Of a DNA stretch of 64,000 nucleotides, positions 24,572-39,300 are shown piece after piece (within the stretch, counting starts at the first letter, position 1; the number at the start of each line of letters is the position of its first letter). The translations under genes and the position numbers were made by a program. The stretch is from Catajapyx aquilonaris (Eukaryota), in NCBI GenBank assembly GCA_000934665.2, contig KZ537971.1, positions 124,001 to 188,000 on the forward strand, read 5' to 3'. Under the pieces are notes generated by a model. That model saw nothing but the letters and a program-made list of their open reading frames with translations. It ran no database searches and was not told where the DNA came from.

Positions 24572-27500
24572 GAGCACCTTTCTCCCCCTCCCTCCCCCTC
24601 TCACACCCATCATATCCCCCCTCCCTCCCCCACTTTTCCCACACCGACTCGTCCACACATGCAATGCACACATGTGAAGTGCATGTGACATATCCGGAAA
24701 TTCGCTGAGGTATAGTCGTCAAAAGAGCTGTTCCAACTTTCTTTTTTTTTCACCAAAAATTACTACTGCAGGATCACTGAAAATCTAGTTGGCAGGCGGA
24801 AATTCCATCACACGCTATGTACCGGCAAAAATAAATGAAAGCCCTGCTTTCCTCAATTAGCATTCGATATTTAGCTTCATTAATTAAAAGTCACGAAAAT
24901 ATTTCATCAGTCCGCTGCCCTCAAAAGCGAATGGAAAACTCTAGAGCAAATAATAATTATTACTCCCTCCCACTATTTGATCTAACGAACCACCCCCCTC
25001 TTCCAGTACAACCCTCTGTGCTTTTGCTGTAGGCCTAGTACCGCATTATTATTACACTGCATGTAAGCCCTCATAATTGCATTGTTCTAAGGAAGGAACA
25101 CTGCTGCAATCGTAACGAAACACACTATGCGATGTTGCATAAATTCCAGAAACCAGAGCAAGGACATGCTATGATGTTAAACTGTCAGTATACAAGTATA
25201 CTGCAGCCCCCCTGTAAATATGTAATTTTTTTTAAATGTCAAAGTTCAAAGAGATTAGAAACGAATCGAAAACAAACCATCAGGGAGCGTAACAATTAAT
25301 AATAGGAAGCAGCAGACTGGCAGCAGCAGGGAATGGCTTAATCAAAACAGGCACTCAGGCCTCCCCTCAAAAGAGGGGATGGCCGTGGCAAAGAAACGCT
25401 ACCTCAACGCAGCCCCAATAATCCAATAAGGGGCACTTAACCGCCGCATTGAACCACAGGTATCATCCCTCCACCCCCCCAGATGGAATCCGAAGCCAAC
25501 AGCCAATGTAAAAAAGTCAACCACACACAAGCGGTTGTGGAATGTTTGTGCACTTTACTACTGCACGACGGAAGCCAGCTTCACGGCTCGGTTACAATTT
25601 TCCGATATGGATACAAAAAAAAAAATGCTCTCGTAAACTTGAGCGTGCACAACGGTGACGTTTTTACTTCGTTGGCCTACAACGCCACATCATGTGGCGT
25701 TTCTTCGATGCACAAAAATGTTCGTGGAACATCATTTTGCCACATCCGGCATCCATCGCATGAGGCTAATTGCGGGGATATAAATTTATTATCCACTTTC
25801 ATCAGACCATAAAATTGAGTAAATCTGTGTGAGCATATGTCACGCCAATGCATATACGTACTTGGCTAAATTCAGATTTTCGACTTAGGATTGATTGCAT
25901 TATTTGTAAGGGTGAACTCATTCATTACTGGGCATTCAGGTACACCCAGGAATATTGGGGAGTCGGACTCCGGACTCTGCGGTATACGCTACTGCAGCTT
26001 GGCGGCAAATGTCATCTTAGCCAGGTGCGCTGATGAGGCTATTGGCCTACCGCTGGGCGTTAACCTCGCCAATCTGAAGACACTCAATTATAAAAACATC
26101 CTAAATTTATAATTAAGTAATAATTCCAACTCGTTTATGTCACAGACACCCACCCCCAAAAAATGTGAGCATCCAGTGTGAAACTAACCATTTAAGCTTC
26201 CGTTAGTAGAACGCACTGTGAATTTGCGTAATTGGAGACCAGGGGCATACGCGGGTTCTGTTGGCGATTCCAGACGGGCAGAAAGAATATTTAATTGGTA
26301 GCGTCAGTAGTGGGCAGCAGCTTAAGCACACCGCAGACGCAAATAAAGCTTGTTGCGTGCAGGTTTTTTTTTCTGTAGTGAAGGTGGTCCTGAGACTAGG
26401 GGTATCCCGGGAAATAGTTAGTCCAAGACCCAAGTCAGCAACTAGCTGCGCCAACCAGCAGCCCTCACTAATCAGGGGCGCTTTTGGTAGCCTGGCTCCA
26501 TTTGCATGCGAATAGGTAGAGTGTGGCGCCTTGAGCCTTTGATTAGAGTCCTCCCCCCACTCACCCTCCTACCGAACTACCACCCCCACCCACCTATAGC
26601 TCAAACTATTAAGCCATGGGATAAGCGAGTTAAGAGGACGAGCCTCGCCTTTCTCCTATTAACGTACCTTGGCTTTTGTGCCAGAGGATTAATCGCGCTC
26701 CTTACAAGTCCCGGCCTGCTGTGCGAAGCTTCCGCCACATCTGGCAACTACGCGCACGGTCAAAATATGGCCGTTCCGATGACGTCCTCTAGGGGCCCCA
26801 TGACACTACCACCCCCTACTTAAAAAAAAAAAAAAAAATCCGAACAGTTTTCAGACCCAGGGCACAGACCTTCAGTGGATCTTTTTAGGCTACAGACACT
26901 GATTTCGGACGTCAGGTGTGATATATGCTTCAGAAGGAAAAACGGCGCAAAAAGTGATATTATAAATTCTGGCCCGAAATTTCAGAGCGAATGCCAAAAA
27001 AAAGAGGGCTGCAGCATTTTGCCAACCAAAAGCAGGATTATTTGGCCGAAACACTGACCCTCCCAAAAATATTGTGACTGCCGCAAAGGCTCTCTCCCAC
27101 TGTGCAATTCGATTGCATAAAAATGAATCCATTTTAGGTCCATGACGTCACGGGATTAAAGGGGGGGCAGGGGCAGAGTCGACCCCAAGGCATTAGAGAT
27201 AAAAGGATGCAGGTTCTCATTCCCCTTATTGTCTTTGGCTTTGATTCCGACTATATCAAGTTGCGCAATCGAATGCGTATAACACCATCGATCCTTCCAA
27301 AAGCTAGTTTCATGCAACCAAATTGCATAGGATGCAAGAGGTTAAATCACTGCGCATGGCAGTGACTGAATAAATTCGCAATGTATTTCGCGCTCCCAAT
27401 CATCTTTCGTCCCCCCCCTCCCCCTCCCCCAAATGCAACCATTACGTCAGGGGTATAATCTACTCGTAAAAATCCTCAGCATGCTTGACGGGCGATCGTG

Positions 27501-30500
27501 AGGCCGTCAATTGCAAAAAAGACACTTGGGTCTCCCTAGAAGCACCTCCTTACATGCAACAGAGGCAGCAGAAGCCTCTCCATCCGATCCATGCAAAAGG
27601 GTCTGGTTGAGTTGCAAGGGTAGGCAGCATGGCAAAGCAGGTCACTCCTGGCTGCTGTGGCGATATTTTCAGGGCGGCTGGAATCTTCTTGTCTTTGGAT
27701 CGATGGCCAGAGGATGGAGGAGGATTCGCCCTCTCTCTAGTTCCCTTTTTTTTACACACTTTGCCACTTGTTTTCTCCCAGTCAGGACTTTTACTTTGCA
27801 TCATTATTTCACCCACATAGCACCGTCGCCATATTGCACTCTTTAAGTAATGCTGTACTATTTTTCTTTCCCCTTTTTGTCGCTTTTTAGAACCGTTCTG
27901 CAGGTTACAGCACCAATGCATTTAAATTGCGCCAACTCCCGAGCCGAGTTTGTAGGTTTGTATGCAAAATATGCTAAGAGGAAGGATGCAGATGAAACTC
28001 GGTTAAGTTTGCCCTTTCGCGAGGACTTTCTAGGAAATGTGAAGTCGACCTAAATTTTCTTACATGGCCGCAATTGCAGATAAAAAGCGCAGCTTTTTTA
28101 CAGTTCCTTCCAGCAAAAGAGTTGATAACAACCGACGCTCCAACTGCTACAGTGCGACAGGATTGCTACCACACCACCAAAAAGCATGCATTGAAGACCG
28201 GAGGTTCACACCGCGAAGTGTGCCACACTGGATAACACAATAGGAACACTGTAGCGAAGTGCAAAATTTATTTTCTCAAGCATCAAGTGGCAGCTGCACT
28301 ACACCCTTTCTTTTTTAGTCCGCAAATTGAGCTGTTTGTCAAATCTAAGGTTCCATCCTCCTAGAGGTGGTTTGATAATCTAGGAACAAGTTTTTCAATG
28401 TCAGCTGAACCGCTTTTTTCCCCTTCCTTGAAGATTGGCAGGGTGGCCAGATACATGCCAGTATTGCAGAGGACCAACAGCGACGTGTTTCTATCCACTT
28501 GAGACGGGAATATATCTTCAAACCCTTCAAGCCTGGACAGTTACAGCGAAAGTGCATTATGGGGAATCCAGTGAATAATTGCCCCAGTCCGACCCATGGA
28601 CCTCTAGAAGGAATGGCAAAATTGTCTTACAAGTCGAGCAATATTGGTTCAAACCTTCCTCCCCAGTCCTTTCAACCTTTTCAATGGCTTCGTTAAGCGG
28701 GAGGGAAAATTGGGGCTGTTACAGAACCTTCTCCCATTGAAATGGGGGGTCTTGTGGGAGACTACAGCCGGCGGAAATAAAACCAATCCTTCATCATATA
28801 CGACCCAAAGATAAGACTAATCGACTGCTCATATGTTTTCCGTTCATTTATGCTAGGTCTGCCAGTTATCCAGAAAAAAATATTGTATCCGGAGGCAACA
28901 CTTCCGGAACTTGCATGGATGGCCTCATAAAAGCCTTGATAGCATGGGATTATTAGCAATTATTAGCGCCCCTACTATCGGGATCGTTTCGAAAATGTGT
29001 TTCTGTCGCCAACAGAAAGAGGATAGCAATGACCCCTGTTATACACTGGAGGCCCTTCATCCAAAGCGCATGTGTCAGCATACAGGGTGTTTTGCCAATA
29101 TGAGCAGTCGGGCAGTACTATCGGGATAACGCATTTGATATGATAAGCTTATGCATTCAAATACATTTTCCGTTTTTAAGCAGCCCTTTCATGGACTGAG
29201 CACAATGTCTTCCACTACAGTGCTAAATTCATACGTGAAACTGATCCTGAGAAACTGAATCTGGTAGCCGCGGAGATTACGTTCCTCATTATGATAATGG
29301 AAACCCGATTATACGGTTATGATAATTGTGTGGTTCTGTACACAAAGCTGATTTGTCCCATTAGTTTCCCTTCGACGCGATGGTCTGGTGAAGTAGAACA
29401 ATGTTACCCCCATGGAGTCATGTCCCTCCTCCCCAGACCGCACAAAAAAGGATTGGAGGGGAAAACACGAACCTAATTGGATATTTTATGTCAAGGCAGA
29501 TCGCTGAGCTCGAACAGGTTAATTACGCTCTCCGCCGAAGCAATTTCAGAGGGGGAAAGCCCGATTTAGGCACGTGTGAGATATTTCCAGAATTTTGGTT
29601 TTGGGGTCTTTTTAGAACAGAAATGCAGAAAGGTACACGGGTGGCATTCTCTGATTATTGAATTATTGCTAACTGACAAAACAGGATGCTTGGGGCGTAA
29701 TTATATTTGCGTAAAATGTTATGCTCGTAATCTCAGCATTAATGCCTTAATCCAATCCATTAGTATTATTTTCAATATCATTGTTTTTCACCCAACAGTA
29801 TAGTGTTGAAGTAAATGCTGCTTAACACTTTCTCGTTGACTGCATGATGGCGATGTAAAACACAATGTTACTTACGTAGATGGTAACATTATTTGAATCA
29901 TCTTATTATTCGAGTGCTATCCTGCGTGGCATGCAACCGCACCCCTGCCGTACCGGCTACATATAGGGCAGGCGCAAATGGTTCCTGCTGGAACCCATGG
30001 CTGTGCTCATCCGTTCCGTTCAGTTCTGCAAAAAACCTTCCGACATCCGACACATTCAACATAAATATGTGAGAAATCATCCGACGGAACCAAATGCCAT
30101 GTTGTAAATGTTTCCGCGGAATCCAGAATTCGCTATAATTACAAAAAGTGTATTACTCTAAATATCGCTAAATATATCACTATAGAGTGTGCTACCTGAC
30201 TAGACAGTATGCTATCCACATGTAGTAGGCTTAACAAGCCGTTCCCTTTTTTGCGTCATCAGTCCAATATGCTTCCTGCTTTTATTTACATTTCCTTTTA
30301 CGCGACCCGGCACTATTACCCTGATGGACAATTTCTGGCCTTGCACGCATGTCCCTTCCATTTGAACCTCCGCTGCCAAACCAAAAATCGAGGGCTACGA
30401 CTACATCCACATACAGCGTGCCTCGAATCTTCCGGAAATTGAGAGACGGTGCACTTAGGACTCTTTTCTCAACGAAGACATGGAAGATACCATATGACTT

Positions 30501-31207
30501 TTTGCTACAACAGCCCATTTTCCTATTTTAATTTCTATGGTAATTATGCAACCATGCCCATGCTGTCAGTCTTGGGACTTGCACATGACTCCCGTTTACG
30601 TGAACTATTACAAGGAAATAATAATCCAATGTGTTTAATTTTTTCAATTATGGCAGTTTTATCAGCAGTTATTCCTTCCCTCAAAATTACTTTTCACGGT
30701 TCCCAATTCGGATTTAGTTTCTATACACCCTAAGTACTGTACATTAAGCTATATATGTATTTTCTTTGAGTATAGTTTACCGGCACATCGGTTATGCATT
30801 TTTTAAAGTACCGGTACACAGTGTTCTAAAACTAATGAGTCAATTAAACCAAAAATAGGAGCAGATCAGATTTACAAGACTCCACTGTATTCCGACAAAA
30901 GCATCAGCATAATCCATTCGCTTCCAAGTACTGTATGAAAAGGCCTCTCTCCAGCAAACAAAAGCTTCACTAACTGCACCCAGGAACTAGGGTCCAGTGG
31001 GATAGATTATAAACTAATATTTGAAACAGATTAAGTGCAGTCTATGGAAGGTAAATGTTGGTTCAGGCACCATCATACACGCTGGTAACGGTGGTTCCTA
31101 CGAAACTGTCCCATTCACCATTATTTTTTTTTATTATGTACCCCGTTGTGGGCCTAAGCCCTATAGGGGGGTGGCTCACCACCATCAGTTTTCTATGTGT
31201 ATTACAC

Positions 31208-31334
31208 TTTTCTTCATACACCGGTGCAAGGAGTCAAGGATGTCGGGTAGGGGAAGGGATTTTTGGGGAGGGAACGTAGGTGCAAGTGCAATGTCTACAA
31301 CTGGGTCATGTGCTGTCCCCCAGGAGGTTCCCCA
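31208..31334 (-). mobile_element. Decayed, 5'-truncated SINE remnant related to the SINEs at 15.4 kb and 47.3 kb
   Basis: gtgcaatgtctacaactgggtcatgtgctgtcccccaggaggtt aligns with gtgcattgtctcaaattgggccatgtgcagtcccccaggacaggtt (47306 onward). Upstream tacaccggtgcaaggagtcaaggat resembles the family A tail taccccgtgtgtaaggggacaggat. Confidence 0.75.
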
Positions 31335-31656
31335 TTCACCATTAGCGTCCACTAACACTTTCTTGGTGGTACGCTCGAAGATTGATATCCTTCACATATA
31401 CAAGAAACTGTGTTTGGTAAATGAGACACTTTCCCCCCTTTCCGTATAGCGCAATATTTAAAGGAGGGTGAGGCAATATTACAATTATTTTCACATCGGT
31501 AGTATGACACTACTCAGTACTCACACAATCTGGCTTCTCACTTCATATATTATCCTGGAGGGCTTCAAGTGTGAGTCACACCACTGGATGTGCTGATTTC
31601 CGACTGGACGATCCCTCTGAAAACACAAAGTTGTTCAGGTTAGGTCTATTCGTCTA

Positions 31657-31874
31657 TAAGGTTATTTTCATGTCAGTCTGGTTACGTGTAGGAAGGTAAG
31701 GTTACATTATTTTAGATATACCGCATTTTAAGATAAAAGTAATTACATCCGGTATGAGCCGGACGGATCAGGGGACTGACTCCCTGGGGTGTTTTGGATA
31801 CCAATGCAATACTTAAAGAGAGTCGTGTAAAGTAGCCAACCTGACAAGAGCCAGTTCCTTGTCCACGTTTTCCT
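31657..31874 (-). pseudogene. Possible decayed PIF/Harbinger transposase N-terminal fragment
   Basis: Minus frame RKTWTRNWLL...YTTLFK...YRM*, then after a frameshift TF...PYLPTRNQTDMKITL. This follows the order of the Harbinger N-terminal pattern (RxxWxRxW...Y..L...RM..TF..L...P.I...T.MR.xI). Stops and a frameshift are present. Confidence 0.35.
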
Positions 31875-33318
31875 CAGAATAAAAACTACGCTCGTAACAA
31901 TGTACTGCATTGTCACAGAAAGAGTTTCACTCACATAATCATTCAATATTGCAAACTGTCCTCCAGAAACAAGACGGTCATCAATATTATTCATGCCGTT
32001 TTCATGAAATAATGTACGGTAGTTTTTTGAGCAGATCATGTACCGTCATGTAGAACTCATAGTTATGCTATAGCTACTCTATAATATATAAAAATAAAGT
32101 CTACGGTTTTACGTATATTTTACACTCTTTATCATTCATTCAGAGAATAATAATTAATGACATTTTGGGTCGGCAATTTAAAAATCCCGAAGCCCTACAG
32201 GAATACCAGTATACACGTATTACTATAATTAATTACGTTAGAGTGCATTTTTGGCCGATTATACTGTACACCTAGGCTACCTAATTAGAAGCGGTCAGAA
32301 TGTAGCACGATGAAGTAGTGAGGTAGTGGTCAGCAGTATAATGTGGCCGCATAATAAGCCCAGAGTAATGTAAGCTGCATTTTGTGAGCTCTCTTCTCTG
32401 AGTCATTGCTGTCATTTATTACTCCACTCCAGTCTGCCTAACATTCATGTAATAGAGTCATATTTTCCATAACCCTTTATGTATTGGGTATATTATAATC
32501 GTGCAGCATAAAATTACTTATTTTCACATAAGTCGTCAAAAAAATATTCGAGTGGGTAACAATTGCCTAGAATTCCATCGAATATTTGTAATAGTTGTTA
32601 CCCTCCGTAACTTAATACAATACTTTGTACATTCTGAATGTGCCTTTCACTTTCCCAAGTTAGGCAATCTAGCGATGCGCAGAGGCCTGAACTGCTCGAA
32701 GACACGGTTGAGAAGATCCAAGATCAGTCAACTCGGAAGATTTTTCGAATTAGAGCAGGGTTCGTGGATGCCTTTGCAGATATCTGACTGGGTACTCCAA
32801 TTCTTGCAAGGCTTTTAAGCTCCTAAGAGCGTTTAGCACACGGTTGCCTACACTTCCGGCTAACGTCCACGGTTGCCAGATTGGAAGGCGTAATAAGACA
32901 GCGGGAAGAACGGCGAGAGAGCGAGAAAGGCGGAGATTAATTGCTCCTTTCAGAGCGATTGATTGCGGCGAAAAAGGGATCATTAGGATTGAAGAAGAAG
33001 AGTGTAGGGGTGGGTGGGTGGAGAAGCATGGGGGAGAAGGAGAGGGTTGAAAAAAAGGGGGGGCAGGGGGGGCCAAAGGGAGTTGGATAGTATAGCATAA
33101 AAAAAGGATGTGGGGGGTGGGGGGTAGGGGGTGGAGAAGAAAAGGCGCGGCGCTCTGGGCCAGATGGAACCTAATCGACCAGGCCTTTTCCTTGAAGGAC
33201 ACCGCCCCAGAATCTTCTTGGACCCCGTTCAAATTCCGAGCTCGGATCGTCACATCTCCCTTTCCCTCCGACTCTTCCTTTCCCGCCCAACTCTTCTGCT
33301 GCAGTAAAAAATATGCCC

Positions 33319-33354
33319 CTTCTTCTTCTCCTCCTCCTCCTCCTCCTCCTCCTC
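33319..33354. repeat. (CTT)n(CCT)n trinucleotide microsatellite
   Basis: cttcttcttctcctcctcct...; explains the poly-P/E/R ORFs. Confidence 0.95.
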
Positions 33355-36300
33355 ACCCACCCAAATCCATTCTTGTACCAACCATGGAGGTCGGTGGTGT
33401 AGATAAGGCTTAATTAGACTGGAAAGAATCGCTTCCTTGCCATGTACCGCCAAGGCGCTTAGTCGCTGATGACCATTAAGAGGAAGTCACGAAGGCTGCA
33501 AGTTGATATTTGGGCTAGGGGAGAGAGAGAGAGGAGGGATGGTCCCAAGTGTCGGTTGGCAGGGCAGCAAGGGGCAATCCCCAAGGGGTATACGGACAGG
33601 AAGCCATTTGGCAAAGCCGGCCGACATCCTTATGAATCGGGGAGCGCGGTTGGGGCGTGGACAACCATCCTTCTCTCCTGGACAGCATGCCCGGGCCACT
33701 ACGTGCGGTTCTACCTGCGGTCTTCGGATCCTCCACCGCTGGCCAATCTGATGAGGCTGCTAGATGCTCTCCCCTTTTCAATTTATTCTCATTCAATTCG
33801 CTGTTGCGGGACTAAGCCGCAAACCTCAAGTAAGGCTATCCAAGTAGGGTGGGGTCACGAAGCTGGTCTATACCAGGGGCCAAGATACACAAACATAGAC
33901 ATACACTTATCGGTTCTTGTGGCTATATTGTTTTAAACCATGTCCGTGCTTCTAACCTGAATTAAACTCTGTGTTTCTGGCCTATGGAAACAGAGTAACC
34001 TAAACACCCAAAGCAATTCTGCTACCCGACACGCTGCAGCTCACTTACCCCCAAATTAGCAAAGACACTGTCCTCCGTTTTCAAACCCCACGTCTCCCGG
34101 TTGCAGGTCTTCCACGATCCTCTTGGTTCAAGATCACCTTACTGTTATCCAATATTCGTAGGTGCACCCTGTTTATCCTGAATGTTCCAGTCAACACTTG
34201 CGACTCTCTCGTTCGTCGGTAAGCCTGCCCGCCAGGATAACTCGTTCTTCTGAACAGCAGAACTGCAGCAGAAGGCAAGTCCATTTTACTTACAGTCACC
34301 ATCACAATATGAAGAGATGCAACCTTCTCTGCAGTATCAGGCTTATCCGGCACATAAAATTTTAATAAGCTTCTAATGTACTGTACGACTCAGTCGCTTT
34401 TAATGCATAAATTATTCACTGTGTTATAAGGAATTCCAGATATATTTCTTGTCGAAGAAGCTATTCTCTTACGAGTTAAGATGTGTTCCTAAGCTCGCGA
34501 GAAACGGCCGTATAAAAAGCGTAGCGAGAAACCGAAACCAATTCTCGAACCCCAATAGCCCATGGCTTCTCTCTCGCGCTAAAAAGTCTCGAATTCGAGC
34601 TAAAAAATTGTTCTCTGGAGCTTGGGACCACGCCTTTAGCCTGTGTATAAGGTCAGTTCCTTGATTCTTAATGGAATGTACAGTTACCCTTATCCGACGC
34701 CTTGAACACTTCCATACATCGTAGGCTCATCTTTGCTAACCAGTTCCAGCCTCCTAAGCCCCAACTCCATCCCACATCCCCCTCCGCATCACTGTACCTT
34801 GTACTAGATTTAGCCAGCTGCAGCCGCACAGGATTCCAGCCCCACTGCCGCAAGATATGCTAATATTCTCCCAAGAGGCAAAGATAGTAGCCAAAGCTCT
34901 GGTGAAAACCACACGCGTCGACAACCCTTCGCCATGTTATCCTTATCGTTTGTTTGCAGACCCCCTACCACCGAAACGTCCAACTAACAAATGAGTCGAA
35001 AGTATTGCCCCGAGTCAGCACCTTTTTTTTCCTCCTTCTATATGACCCAGTAGTTTGCAATAGACCCTCTGGAAAGTTTAAATTGTATGTGACACCAGTG
35101 GCCTATTTCTAAGGATTCACCGGAGGCAAATTTTTATTCCGAACGTTTGCTTCTTAATAAAAAGGACCCCGTTTCCTTTTTACAACCCCCTGCCATTTTT
35201 TAAGCCCCCAAGCGGCCATCCAAAAGCAGTTGGGGAGGCTGATTTGTGGGCGGGCTGTCCAACCCTTAATAGCCTGTCACGTGTATCGGTCATTACCGCG
35301 ACGCAGCCCATCGAATATGTGTCACATATATCACGTCGGCTCGCATCACAATGGACCCCCAACCCCTTCCTCTTCCTCTCTTTTAATCTCCGATCCAATT
35401 GGAAGTCGAAGGTGACGGATCACCAGGATGAAAATGGTCCAGCCCTGCGTATAATCTCCACGGTTATCGCTCTTCCTGGCTGCTCTCTGCTGGTAATATC
35501 TCCCCTTTCTTCGAAGAGGAGGTTTTTTTTTATACAAAATATGGTACCACCCCTGGTATTCGTTTGGGAATTTCACTAAAACTACCGTTTTTTGCTGGTC
35601 TTGGCGACGGCATTGTGCTGTGGAGGACAAAATGTTCAGGGAAAGGTATAGTGGACGCAATGCGGGTTGTAAATCTAGTCCGGTTGCATTCAATAGGATC
35701 GAGCAATCAAATCAATGGAGAGGTTTTTTTTACGCCTTATGTATAGAAAAGTGGCACAACGGATTCAGTGCAATCTACGAGTGTACGCAGTAAGGCCCTT
35801 TTTATCCGCAATGGTACTGGATACAGCCATATTGTGAATATAACTTATTGCCAGTGCTTTTTAATACAAATTGCCAGATGTGGTCTGGTTAGTTTCACCC
35901 AAAGGACATTTTCCAAGAAAAGGTGAAATAATAAAAACGCGAGAGCAAGTAATTCGAGCCCATCCATTGCCATTATGACTAGGGTTATGACAATTGCGAT
36001 TATTCTCGGCAAGCTTTAAAAGCTTCCGGCCATTACAAGGGCCGCCGTGTTTTCAGACACATTTATTATCACTTCCATTCCTTCCTCTCTTAACCCCAAT
36101 CCCCTCTCCCTGTAAAGGGCAGCAACGAGGAAAGAAACGTAACAAGGATGGAGAAAAAATATTATTTTGGGGACGGATAAAAAAAACTTTCGGCGTGACG
36201 TTTGATAAGGAAATGCGTTTCCCTCCTCCCCACAATATGAAATCAGTTTGATCGATGTTGCCGCCACGAATTTTAAATCCGGGCTTTTCCTTTTAGGCCA

Positions 36301-39300
36301 CGACGTTTCCTCATTTGCATCACACTGGAGTAGCGATCCTTTTTTGTGCTTCATAAGGAGGGAGTTTTGGTGAGATGGGGAGGAGAATGTCAAACATGGC
36401 TTTAAATAACGTGTGGCTCGCATCACCGAATCTTAACGACATTCTCGAGAACAAGAGGAACAGTTTCCCTATTTTATCCAAAGCCCCGCTTCTGGAGAAA
36501 ATGGTTAACAAAAATGTCAAGGCAGCTGGGTTGCGATTACTTTTCATCAAAAATTCAAGTCGTGCAATACGTGTATCTCTCACTTTTGCTCTAACAGTAA
36601 GAGCCTAATCCAACAAATAAACACTAATGTGGCCAGCATGATACTTGCATATTTTAAACATTATTCAATTCACACATTGGATTGATGATGCACGAAGAAG
36701 ATGGCAGCGCAATATGCATCCTGACAATAATTTATCATATAATTATGTCAGTTTGTGGGTTTGTTATGATTCCACTTCTTCCTGGGAGGCATCGCTCATA
36801 CAATGGATTTTCCATTCTTTCTGTGCGAGTACTAATTGTGGATGAATCAGCCAAGCGTGAGGAACGGAGGAGAAGCCAATGAAGTAAGCATTGTAGGGGG
36901 ACATTGTTATTTCCAGGAGTGGGTTGGTTGGCAGAAGAAAAATGGGCGTCGGAAGAGGATCCAGAAGACAGTCGACTGCTTGGAAAACGAGGGGAAGGAA
37001 AATTGGGAGGAAGTCGCTAACTTACTAGCGAACCATTGGAGCGTTTCTGCTGCCGTGGAGAAAGGACCAGGCGTCGTGATAAGACGGGGCCCTAGGATGT
37101 TTCTTTTCGATTGGATTTTAAAGGGCTTTCCAGCTATATGGGCGGCTAACTTCATATCCCCAGCCCATTCCCAATCACGATTCTTAAGCATGTCCGCCTC
37201 ACTCAAATTAAACGATTTTTCCAATTACGTGCCATAGCTTGTCAACGTTCTCTCTCCTTCTCTTACTCTCTGCTGGCTGCTGCTGTCTAGCCTTCTGGCA
37301 TGCCCTCTAGAATCGATAAGTGTCGTATTGTGCCAAAAATTATGATCGATTTTAAGGCGCAGATCCCAGCTACAAATTGAATGCAATTAACTAGAGAAAT
37401 ACAAGTGCTTTCCGCTATTGTTCCGCGACAGTTTCACTCCAAGAATTTCTCTTGCAGTCGCAGAGAGAGAGAGAAAAAAAATGACTAGTCTAATTCCCGT
37501 GAGCGATGTCGCCGGGAGTCGGTCTCAGTCTTACTTCCAAATGGGGATTATGCCGAGTCAGACATGCAAGTCAGAGGATGGAGACCGAGGGATGGAGGGA
37601 CTGGTATCTTCTCCATGCGCTCCAACATCAGCAACTCAATTACCTTAATGCACCTTATGTTGAAGGAGGATGGGTTTAATTCCCACGCCACCAGTTGCCG
37701 TATCCTATCGCATAGGAGGAAAACAAAACGCTTTTCAATTCCCGGCAACAACGAGTCGGAATCCGATTACCTGCACGAGCCGATCCCTCCTACTTGCCGA
37801 AATTGATTGTGTTTTGCGAATACGTCTCAAAATATTTGAATCCGAGATGATTTCAAATGGGGATCATGGGATTGTTGCGTTCAAAACCCTTCCATTGCTT
37901 TTTCACAATTGCGTTATAAAAATAGCAGCTCGTCTTATTTCGAGGGGGCCCTCAGGAGCTACGTTAGAACATTAGTGCCACTTTATGAAACACCTGGGAA
38001 GTTTGCAACGGGCGACAACAGGAGATAATTAAACCTACAATGTTCAAATACGTCATTAATACTCAAAATCAGTCGAACACGCATTTGCATATTTTCACAA
38101 GCAGGTGGCTGGAAAATATTAAACACCATTGAATATTACCAGCGTATCTAGCAGAACGATCGACAGTTCAGCACAATCTTTTAAATGATAATTATTGTGA
38201 TTTTATGGTTGAACATGTGTACGACAAGATCTTTGGGAAGAAAACTTTGTTACTTATTGGAACTGCATTTTTCATGCTACCCTTTAAAACTTCTGGAGTC
38301 CTATTAAAGGCTGAAGTGAATATGTAAGAGCGGATGCAATCGATCGATCACATTTTATCTACTTGAGGCACTACCCAACAATGACACCATTTGCATAATT
38401 TGGGAAAGGAAATTCAGAAATCTTGCATCATTAAGCACATTGGGCGTTAGAGCCAACTGTGAGGAGTAATGCACCCTTTTGTTGTCATGTTTACAATCCC
38501 TTGAATCCAGCAGAACTCTTGGCTGGCATGAGCACGAAACTACCCTAGGGCTCCTAAAACTAGTCAAAAAATGACATGGCACTAGGCGTTGGAACAAAAA
38601 AAAAGTAGTATACAGGACGCCCGGGGAGGAAGATAGAAGAAGTCCTTTCTGGCATGACCCCAACCGCGCCGGGGGCCAAAATTGGCGGCAAACAGACTCA
38701 CCGGAACGCCCTTCTCATTTTCTTGCCTTCTTACTTTACAGATAGGATTCTGCACATTTTTCACGGTTGTGCGGTGAGGGAAGGACATTCCAGCATATTA
38801 TAGGGTGCTGCTGGGGAAGCAGAGTAAATTAGCGGAATTGTTGCAAGATTTTAGCAACTGCTGTAGAGTAAAAAACAATGCATGTACTGTTATGGCAGCA
38901 AGAAGTGCCTTGCAAAACCTCGGTGTAATCCAATAGAAGCACTGTATTGCCTGATGTTGAAATAGGCAATTAAAAATAGTAGCCAATTAATTTATCACCT
39001 GAAATTACCACCACATAAATTAGCAACTACATGCACAAAAACAAATTACACTTTACCAGATTAAGTGTGTTACGCCAACCTTTCCTTCCACACTTCAGAG
39101 CAATGTAATGGGTCAAAATCCCAATGCCAGGTTAATTTTGGAAAGGAAAAAGTTTTCTGCCAAACCAATAAATTGGAGCAGCCCAAAAGTCGTAAAATCT
39201 GGGAACAATAAACCGCTCTCTTGATTGTGGGCTTTTTTATTTTTTCGCCCTGGAGGAAGCTTTTATAACACCATAGATAGGCTAGGAGATGGCCAGCAAT

